NCBI GenBank assembly: GCA_051382305.1
Contig: JBBCAV010000264.1
Coordinates: forward strand, 1 to 25,667
Direction: 5' to 3'
Source: Bdellovibrionota bacterium FG-2
GTDB lineage: Bacteria > Bdellovibrionota > UBA1018
DNA length: 25,667 nucleotides
Part shown: positions 9,690-16,332 of the stretch, in pieces
How the letters are laid out: the number at the start of each line of letters is the position of its first letter
Numbering within the stretch: the stretch's first letter is position 1
The notes under the pieces: generated by a model
The model's input: the letters and a program-made list of their open reading frames with translations, nothing else
The model's database searches: none
What the model was told of the DNA's origin: nothing
Position numbers and translations under genes: made by a program

Positions 9690-10093
9690 AACTGAGTTCT
9701 CATCAGATTGAGCTTGTGAGTAGTTTGGCGCCCGATTTGCATCCAGTGAGTTGTGATGCGATTCGCCTGGAGCAGGCGTTCTTGAATCTGGTGGGCAATG
9801 CACGGGTGAGTTTAGAGGGCTATGAGAGATCCGAGAAAAAAATTGAGGTCATGACTCACAAGAGGGAAAACCCTTCGGATTTCGTGATTGAGGTCAGGGA
9901 TAATGGGCCAGGGATTAGTGATGATATTCGGGCTAAGATTTTTGAGCCGTTTTTTACAACGCGAAAAGAAGGTAAGGGGACGGGTTTGGGGCTGTCGATC
10001 GTCACCAAGATTGTCGATGAGCATAAAGGAAAAATTGAACTTGAAAGCACCGTGGGCGTGGGGACGACCTTTAGCATCGTACTGCCCGTATGA
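9690..10093 (+). pseudogene. Sensor histidine kinase fragment (HATPase_c domain only)
   Basis: N box LEQAFLNLVGNA, G1 DNGPGI, F box FEPFFTT, G2 GTGLGLSI; no HisKA or sensor domain upstream, where the integrase remnant lies instead. Confidence 0.8.
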
Positions 10094-10149
10094 TCAGTCC
10101 AAAAGCCATTTGGGTTGCGTGATTCCGAAATTTGGCAAAAAATGGAAGC

Positions 10150-10266
10150 ATGATACACAGGCTTCTTAAGTTTCCGGATCAAAAGAGCTTTTTTCTGCTC
10201 GGATCCCGAGGAGCTGGCAAAGTTTCGCTCGTTCCGGTTGAAGAGGGGATCCAGAAGCCTGAATAG
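10150..10266 (+). pseudogene. AAA_14/DUF4143 ATPase remnant (38 aa)
   Basis: Not in the ORF track: MIHRLLKFPDQKSFFLLGSRGAGKVSLVPVEEGIQKPE*. SFFLLGSRGAGK is the AAA_14 N-terminal Walker A context (SFFLFGPRGTGK type), truncated right after it. Confidence 0.6.
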
Positions 10267-10278
10267 ATGACATATTCT

Positions 10279-10305
10279 TTGACATATATCAAATTATATC
10301 ATACT
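10279..10305 (+). promoter_or_regulatory. Possible sigma70 promoter/operator of the RelE-HTH module
   Basis: Perfect TTGACA at 10279-10284 in an AT-rich gap; GACATAT is repeated at 10269 and 10281; the best -10 (CATACT) has a non-ideal 15-nt spacer; no SD before ATG 10308. Confidence 0.3.
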
Positions 10306-10307
10306 CT

Positions 10308-10586
10308 ATGAGAGTGAAATGGACCGTTAGGCTCACTAAAAGAGCCCAAAAGCAGCTTAATCAGTTGCCGGAAAATATTCAGCGAACGCTTTATGCGCTG
10401 GCGAGAGAATTGAATGCCATGGGACCCGTGCAAGGATCATGGCCTAACTACTCGAAGCTCACGGGCCGCGATCGCCATCATTGCCATTTGAATTATAGGT
10501 TTGTGGCGGTGTGGGAAGTCGTGGATCGCGAGATTCGTTTAATTGAGGTGACGTATGTCGGTAGCCGGAAAGATGCGCCTTATTGA
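10308..10586 (+). CDS. Type II TA toxin, RelE/ParE-like mRNA interferase
   Basis: 92 aa, WTVRLTKRAQKQLNQLP...WPNYSKL...HHCHL...VAVWEV...IEVTYVGSRKDAPY; overlaps a downstream HTH gene. Confidence 0.82.
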   Translation: MRVKWTVRLTKRAQKQLNQLPENIQRTLYALARELNAMGPVQGSWPNYSKLTGRDRHHCHLNYRFVAVWEVVDREIRLIEVTYVGSRKDAPY

Positions 10587-10932
10587 AAAAGTTGAAATCC
10601 GCATTGGAACCAAGCGGCCCAGGCTTTATCTTGTTCCCAAGGATAAAACACGGGGGGTTGAATCCCTTCTTTCTGAATACCTTGCCGAGGATCAGGAAAC
10701 GGTTAGTTTGGATGATGCGTTTCGCGAGCTAAACAGCAAGTTTTCTAAGCAAGGAAATGTTCTTTGCGGACTTCGCCTCAAAAAGGGTTGGACGCAAACA
10801 GCACTCGCTAATAAAATCGGTACTTCACAGGCTAATGTCGCGGCCATGGAGAACGGAAAGCGTCGAATTGGAAAAACGCTTGCTCAGAAGTTCGCGGATG
10901 TATTTGAAACGAGTGCTCAGGTATTTTTTTGA
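10555..10932 (+). CDS. XRE-family HTH antitoxin (HigA-like)
   Basis: LRLKKGWTQTALANKIGTSQANVAAMENGKRRIG Cro/C1 HTH; SD GAGGTG at 10545-10550; toxin-first gene order. Confidence 0.85.
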   Translation: MSVAGKMRLIEKVEIRIGTKRPRLYLVPKDKTRGVESLLSEYLAEDQETVSLDDAFRELNSKFSKQGNVLCGLRLKKGWTQTALANKIGTSQANVAAMENGKRRIGKTLAQKFADVFETSAQVFF

Positions 10933-10952
10933 TGCTGGCCGCGTCAACCGCG

Positions 10953-11360
10953 CTACGAAACCCCGTGGGTTTTAAGGTGAGCGGTGTATTTTTTGTCCTC
11001 GCCTAGGATGTGGTCCTCGAGCCATTTTTTTAGAAACTGCCACGTCTCTATGGTCAGAACCTGTTTGCCTTCTCTAAACTGTTGCATAAGCGTATTCGCT
11101 TGCCTGGCAAAAGCGTCATGAGCCTGCTTGTGGTGTTCAAACTCGGGGTACTGGGTTTGTGAAAAGAGCCTCTCTTCGTAACTGAAATGCTCTTGGGCGT
11201 ATTTGACCGCCCCCGCCAGAATTCCTTCTAGAGTTTCCTCACCTTTTTCCTGCTTCATGGCTTCATGAAGGGTTGTGAGCATCTCGACCAGTTTCTGATG
11301 CTGTTGATCGATTGAGGCAATGCCGACACTATACTTTTTACCCCACTCAAATAGTGCCAT
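10953..11360 (-). CDS. Bacteriohemerythrin (single domain)
   Basis: FEW..KYSVGIASIDQQHQKL, HFSYEE, HKQAH, WLEDHILGEDKKY: the di-iron ligand motifs are present; SD AGGAG upstream. Confidence 0.93.
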   Translation of the reverse strand: MALFEWGKKYSVGIASIDQQHQKLVEMLTTLHEAMKQEKGEETLEGILAGAVKYAQEHFSYEERLFSQTQYPEFEHHKQAHDAFARQANTLMQQFREGKQVLTIETWQFLKKWLEDHILGEDKKYTAHLKTHGVS

Positions 11361-11381
11361 AGGTCTACTCCTTGGTCTATT

Positions 11382-11918
11382 CTAGCAATTCGCGAACAGT
11401 AACTCGACCCTCATCAGGGATCCAGGTTTTACCGAAACTGACAGTGCGCCCTTGGAAATAAGAACGGGCTGTAAGCGCTTGCCCGAAAGGGTGAGCTGCC
11501 AAGCTTGCATCGGTGGCAAGGGTGTCCGCAAAACAGCGCAAAGCTCCCTTGAAGTCGGGTTATAAAAACGAACTTTGGCCGAATTGTTTTCTTTGTTCTG
11601 TTCCACGAGGCTCAACACTATTTCGGAGGGTTCTAAGGTGCACTCAAAAGTAGGTGCGGTCTTAGGTGGCGGAGTTGGGGCGACAACTGGGGCGGCGATG
11701 GGAGGCCGCGCTTCCATTTGCGCAGGAACCGTGCGCGCTTCCACGGGCGCGGGCACTAGGCGTGCTTCAGGCACGCGGGCGTGCGTGGGCGCATCGGGAA
11801 TAAAATCGTTAGGGTTGAACTTTGCCGTCATTTCGTCGTCAAAAACTGAAAGTTCCGCTTTGATGCGGGTTTTTCGTGGTTTCTTTGCTGACGGCGTCGA
11901 GAGTGTTTCGCCTTTCAT
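11382..11918 (-). CDS. Hypothetical ParA-associated protein: basic N-terminus, Pro/Ala linker, C-terminal beta-sandwich
   Basis: ATGA overlap with the parA stop; AKKPRKTRIK patch; VPEAR/VPAPVEAR/VPAQMEAR repeats; C-terminal VLSLVEQ...KVRFYNPT...AWQLTLSGKRL...LSVSVKPGSLMRVEL. Confidence 0.7.
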   Translation of the reverse strand: MKGETLSTPSAKKPRKTRIKAELSVFDDEMTAKFNPNDFIPDAPTHARVPEARLVPAPVEARTVPAQMEARPPIAAPVVAPTPPPKTAPTFECTLEPSEIVLSLVEQNKENNSAKVRFYNPTSRELCAVLRTPLPPMQAWQLTLSGKRLQPVLISKGALSVSVKPGSLMRVELLFANC

Positions 11919-12826
11919 AGCGCCATCTCCCTTGCAGGGGATGGAGAAAGAGGGGCTTGGACAAAGGTCTGAAGAGGGACATCGGCCGTATTTGTGACGA
12001 GTGCCCTGATGTCACTCGCGAGTTTTCGATAGTCCTCGCGCGCTTTGCTCTTGGGGAAAACTTCTGAAATCAATTTTCGTTTAACTTGCGCGGTCTTGAT
12101 CTTCGAGTCGACTCGAATCGGATCAAAAACGATTCCGCCACTCATCAGATCCGCATCGGCCATGCGCTGCAAATCATCGAGGATGGTCATGTCCAAGTTC
12201 CTGCGCTGGTCATACATCGTGGGGACTACGCCGAGGACGTTGCAGGGGCTTAGGTTTTTGGCTCGATAATGGTTTCGAAGGTTTTCCAAAAAGAACATCG
12301 TGTTCTTCACGCCCACGACGGACAGAAGATCGGTCGTGCAGGGGATCACGCAATAATCGGCATACATCGCGATGTTCGCAGAGATCAAAGAGAGCGCGGG
12401 GGGGGAGTCGATGATGACGTAATCATAATCCTCGTCAAAGGGTTTCATCATCCGGCTGAGAAGGCGCTCGCTGTCCGCGGACGTTGAAAATGTTTTCTCA
12501 AAATCGCGCATCATGCGGCCGCCCGAAAGAATGACGTCAATCTGAGGTCTGACCGTGATCTTTACTTTCGAAGGGGGCGTGTTCTCGATGAGGATCGAAG
12601 CGATTCCGCGCTCCGCCTCGGTTGCCTTGATTCCGAAAAGTGTTTTGACGTTTGCTTGCTCATCGCAGTCTAAGATGAGGACTTTTGCACTGGGATGATC
12701 CGCAGCTAGGCTATCGGCTAGCGCTACGGCGGTCGTGGTTTTGGCGACCCCACCCTTGTGGCAAAGTACTGAGATAACAATAGGCCTTTTGATTTTGATG
12801 CTCGTCATATTGATTCTCGCCTCCAT
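11915..12826 (-). CDS. ParA/Soj-family ATPase (orphan, no adjacent parB)
   Basis: Deviant Walker A HKGGVAKTTT, ILDCDEQAN, Walker B YVIIDSPPAL, GVVPTMYD. Start may be ATG 12808 (GGAGG upstream). Confidence 0.9.
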   Translation of the reverse strand: MEARINMTSIKIKRPIVISVLCHKGGVAKTTTAVALADSLAADHPSAKVLILDCDEQANVKTLFGIKATEAERGIASILIENTPPSKVKITVRPQIDVILSGGRMMRDFEKTFSTSADSERLLSRMMKPFDEDYDYVIIDSPPALSLISANIAMYADYCVIPCTTDLLSVVGVKNTMFFLENLRNHYRAKNLSPCNVLGVVPTMYDQRRNLDMTILDDLQRMADADLMSGGIVFDPIRVDSKIKTAQVKRKLISEVFPKSKAREDYRKLASDIRALVTNTADVPLQTFVQAPLSPSPAREMAL

Positions 12827-12987
12827 GCGTGAATTACGATCTTGTCAAAATTGTAACGTAGGCAAAATTTTCCGCAAGGGGGAAGGAGGGGGAGATGAAA
12901 AGAAAGTTGTCGGGGATATTTGCAGGGATTTGCGCCAATTTTTTGACTGGCACTGTGCGTTGCGCTAGTTTGAAGATGCTTGTCAAA

Positions 12988-13007
12988 TAGTATCCTGTAT
13001 GGTACTA
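12988..13007. promoter_or_regulatory. Inverted repeat (probable operator) overlapping the promoter of the DUF4160-like TA module
   Basis: TAGTATC-N6-GGTACTA (one mismatch) between TTGTCA (12980-12985) and ATG 13014; no SD. Confidence 0.45.
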
Positions 13008-13013
13008 ATAACC

Positions 13014-13238
13014 ATGGGTAAGATTCGCCGTGGCAACTATGTCTTTGTCTCCTGGATTGGTGACCACAGTAATCATGTTCATGTGTTCCGGGAGGGGAAG
13101 CTCATGGTCAAATGGAACCTCGACCATGATTGCGAAGCGCCCGGATCAAAGGCAGCCAGCCGAAAAATCAAGGAATTAATAAGTGAGCTTAAGGCGGAAG
13201 GGAAGTTTCAGTATGAAAATAAAAAAAGTCGCCTCTAA
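13014..13238 (+). CDS. DUF4160/HicA-like small toxin
   Basis: MGKIRRGNYVFVSWIGDHSNHVHVFREGKLMVKWNL with the DH..HVHV motif; overlaps the downstream HTH gene. Confidence 0.7.
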   Translation: MGKIRRGNYVFVSWIGDHSNHVHVFREGKLMVKWNLDHDCEAPGSKAASRKIKELISELKAEGKFQYENKKSRL

Positions 13239-13677
13239 CAATCGTAAGAAAGCCTTTGAGGTCACGACGCCCAAAGGAGCGTATGAATATCCTTACTCTC
13301 GGCTTGCGCTCAGCCCAACTGATACCGACACTGTGCAGGCGGTATTTTCAGATCCCGAAATCGGGCATACAGGATTCACCTATCAGCTTGTTTCCGGTCA
13401 GGAGGATACTGTGCTTATGGATCAAGTCCTTGAGTACGCCAAAGATCCGGAGTACATTCGCCGAGCAATGCTGTTAAAAATGACCGTTCAAGCCCAAGAG
13501 CGAATCAAGAGACTTGGAGTGAGCAAGCGAGAGGTTATTCGGCGCATGGGGGTCGCGCCCTCACAGTTTTATCGACTCATGGATCAGAAGAATACGCGCA
13601 AGACGATTGATCAAATGGTCCGCCTTCTTAGCGCGATGGACTGCTCGGTGGAACTTGTTTTTGATTGGGCAGCGTAG
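13213..13677 (+). CDS. Antitoxin-like protein with C-terminal XRE HTH
   Basis: MKIKKVASNNRKKAFEV... and C-terminal GVSKREVIRRMGVAPSQFYRLMDQKNTRKTIDQMVRLLSAMDCSVEL; ATG at 13213. Confidence 0.75.
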   Translation: MKIKKVASNNRKKAFEVTTPKGAYEYPYSRLALSPTDTDTVQAVFSDPEIGHTGFTYQLVSGQEDTVLMDQVLEYAKDPEYIRRAMLLKMTVQAQERIKRLGVSKREVIRRMGVAPSQFYRLMDQKNTRKTIDQMVRLLSAMDCSVELVFDWAA

Positions 13678-13775
13678 GAAATCCTGATGTGGGTTGCAAG
13701 AACTCCTTGCCCCTTTGCTAAAACCCGATACACTGACATCTAGGCGGTATATGTGAATATGGTCTTAGTCTTGCA

Positions 13776-13822
13776 CTTCCTTCCTTCCTTCCTTCCTTCC
13801 TTCCTTCCTTCCTTCCTTCCTT
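13776..13822. repeat. Perfect tetranucleotide microsatellite (TTCC)11
   Basis: TTCC repeated 11 times at 13777-13820, intergenic, ending about 30 bp before ATG 13854. Confidence 0.97.
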
Positions 13823-13853
13823 TAATAGCCCTCGCGGGCCGTAGCGGATCAAC

Positions 13854-14014
13854 ATGACTGATTCCTCTCAAAAAGACTCGAAGCTCAATTGTTGGGAATT
13901 TATGAAATGTGCGAGAGAGCCCGGGGGCGCAAATGCGGCCGAACTGGGCATTTGTCCCGCGACCCTTGATCTTAACTCAACGGAATCAATGACGGCAAGA
14001 ACGCCGGTCGAGCC
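13854..14014 (+). pseudogene. Two-CW-domain protein, frameshifted and truncated
   Basis: KLNCWEFMKCAREPGGANAAELGICPA, then a frameshift near 13975 to LNGINDGKNAGRA; the second CW that normally follows GRA is missing. Confidence 0.72.
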
Positions 14015-14058
14015 GAGACCACGGCCAGGTCGGGCGGATGTGCGTCAAATTTATCCTT

Positions 14059-14092
14059 AAACTGAGCGGTTTGCCAAACTGAGCGGTTTGCC
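14059..14092. repeat. 17-bp perfect tandem duplication
   Basis: AAACTGAGCGGTTTGCC at 14059-14075 and 14076-14092. Confidence 0.95.
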
Positions 14093-14324
14093 CTCGGTGA
14101 TCTTCCCGCGCGGTATGTGCGAGTACGCACACGGCCCCCTTCGATGCCGGTTTTCGTATTCCGGGTCCGGGAAGTGGATTTCAGCGGGGAGGGGGCTTAG
14201 CTGGCGATGGCGGAAAACGGGTTTATGCGAATTCTGTAAAAGAGCAACCCCAAAAGTAACAGTAATCCACTCCCCATCACAAATACGTTGGGGTAGCCCC
14301 GCCGATCGGCGAGTCAGCTCGGAA

Positions 14325-14651
14325 CTTGGATGACCCTCTAGATCTTTTTGTTCTTCATTTCTCTCTGCTCTTTGCCTGCACCGGTCGCACAGTCATTACA
14401 CAATATTGTGAAGATACCTTGAGACGTCTTCATCCTTCTGTCAGGGCCTCTGCTTGGGCCAAGGTAATGTTCGATATAAACGAGAAGTGGGTCAACCTTC
14501 GAATAGGACCTCAAAAACAGATCAGTCGCATAATAGGACCTCACTTCTTATCTGGTGCGAGAGTCGTGATCGTCTTGATATTAAGTCAAGGCGACCTCAG
14601 GAGGAATCAGGAGTGATCCTCACGATTTCGGCCAACTCGTCCCGAGATTTC
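14325..14651 (-). ncRNA. Candidate bridge/seekRNA-encoding 3' non-coding end of the IS110-family element
   Basis: About 325 bp with no credible CDS downstream of the recombinase, containing stems 14574-14590, 14483-14493/14537-14548 and 14409-14432, plus a 12-bp direct repeat. Boundaries are inferred. Confidence 0.5.
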
Positions 14652-15677
14652 TCAAATCTTTTCGACTGTACTAGGTCGTATCTTCTCCTTCACTTTTGAA
14701 TCGTCATAGGGTTTTTTTGTTCTCATCACGGCAAGCGCAACACTTGCAATTTGCCGGGCTAAATTTTTTCTGGCCGCCTTGTGCGGTAGTCCCTTCTTGA
14801 TCATGGCATCATAATAATCACGGAGTGACCCGGGCTCGGCCATCGCAGTTTTTGCGGCTCCCATGAATACAGCTTTAAGGTGCCGATTTGCGCGCTTTGT
14901 TCGTTTTCCATAAATCACTCCGTCGCTGATAAAGTGATGACGGACCAGTTCGCAGTAGGACCAAAAATGATGTTTGTCTTGGAAGCGGGCAGGGTTTGTT
15001 ACGGAGGCGGCAATCAGGCACGCTCGAATCTCTGCAATACCAGGAATCGTTGTTAGTGCTTTAACCTCGGGGTGAGCGTCGGAGAATTCCCGAAAGCGCC
15101 GTGCGTAGGAAAGCCTGGATTCTCGCATTACGCGAATTTGTTCAAATAGACCCTGAGCTACAAATCGATCAGATTCATTCGGGAGTTCGGCAATCCGATC
15201 ACGAAGCCGGTAAATGCGTTTTCCAGCGGTGACAAGAGCGTGTTTTGCAAACAGAGCTTTGTAGCGGTTCTGTGTTTGCGTGCATTGCTTGACAACATCA
15301 AGGTAGGCCGTCATTAGAGAGCGGCTTTCCATTAATGGACTGACTTCGTGAAAAACAGGGGTTAGGAAATTTCCTCTCAGCTGTTGAGCGAGGTGCCTCG
15401 CATCCGCAGCATCATCTTTCGGGCCGCTTCGTTTTGAAATAAACAGGGGGTTACAAATGACAAGGTTGTCGACCTCATTTTTTAGAAGGGAGTATAGCCA
15501 TTGTGAGAGTTGACCTTCTTCAGTCGTTAGTGACTTACTTCCAGAAAGCGACCGCACGAAGTTTAGAATATTTTTCTCCGTCGTGGAAACTCGAACGCAG
15601 TGGGTCTCCACGCCTTGAGCGTCTACAACGACAAATGTGCAGGTATTGCCATGGGCATCTAATCCGATATTATATTC
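14652..15677 (-). mobile_element. IS110-family (DEDD) recombinase/transposase, start codon and 5' end lost
   Basis: Frame extends upstream of the track ORF to EYNIGLDAHGNTCTFVVVD (first D), TTEEG (E), KDDAADA (D,D), LTTIPGI, FISDG (Ser), ARKNLARQIA; no start codon before the in-frame TGA at 15695-15693. Confidence 0.88.
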
Positions 15678-16170
15678 CGAGTGCCGAGTTGCTCAGGGCT
15701 TTGTTGTTATCGATCGTCCAGATGTCGATGGCTGTTCCGGTGGAGATGTTGCCGCCCGCGCTGATCGTGAATGTTGTGCCCGCCACGGTTCCTCCAGCAA
15801 GGCAAAGAGCCCGTTAAAGCCTGCGTATTTCAGTAGCCCCGCCACTGTCCCTGAGGGGAATCCGACCTCGTAGAAATTGTTTGCTCCGTCTGGAGTGATA
15901 CCGATCTGCTGTACGCACGCAGTGAAGGTGTTGTTTTCGGTAAAGAAGCTTTTTCAGCCGTAAACGCGGTTCCAAGAATCACCTTCACTTCGCTTCACTT
16001 CGCTTCGCTTCGCTCTGCCGCGCCTTGGCCTGGAACTTCTGATAATTCGGAATCGCCACGGCAGCCAAAACCCCGATGATCGCAACCACGATCATGAGCT
16101 CAACAAGCGTAAAACCTTCGCTATTAGAAATATTAGAAATGCGTGTCGTCAAATTCTTGAAATTCTTCAT
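15670..16170 (-). pseudogene. pilA: Type IV major pilin (Bdellovibrio PilA-like) with three frame disruptions
   Basis: [38 protein letters not shown], then a repeat insertion, then VILGTAFTAEK / SFFTENNTFTACVQQIGITPDGANNFYEVGF ... / TFTISAGGNISTGTAIDIWTIDNNKALSNSALGI* (TAA 15672-15670). SD AGGGGG upstream of ATG 16170. Confidence 0.85.
15983..16012. repeat. Pentanucleotide repeat (CTTCR)6 inside pilA
   Basis: cttca cttcg cttca cttcg cttcg cttcg; two units would encode the in-frame Q-S-E-A-K-V. Confidence 0.9.
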
Positions 16171-16332
16171 ACGTCCCCCTTGTGAACATGTTTGCCAAAG
16201 TGCGTTAATTGCGCTGTACCCTGTAAATTCTACGCCTCTTTTCATTTTGGCAAGGGGGTTGGCTCTAATGCGTGATTTTAAAAGGTTTTGCTGTGCGCTC
16301 GATGTCACGTTTTTCTAACGTATAACGTGAGT

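Noticed and set aside
9599-9690. Track ORF start making a full 164-aa kinase
   Set aside because: The first ~30 aa are junction sequence partly antisense to the integrase remnant; there is no HisKA domain.
13696-13716. Intrinsic terminator after the second TA module (GCAAG-N5-CTTGC)
   Set aside because: Short stem and no proper U tract; too weak to call.
14059-14543. CRISPR array from the short direct repeats
   Set aside because: Only two copies of each repeat, too short, no regular spacers and no cas genes.
14326-14699. Short ORFs 14326-14616, 14338-14544 and 14454-14699
   Set aside because: No recognisable motifs; the region is better explained as the IS110 non-coding end.
16181-16198. 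Sigma54 promoter for pilA (TGGCAAACATGTTCA on the minus strand)
   Set aside because: The -12 GC is missing and the implied start site would fall downstream of the SD.
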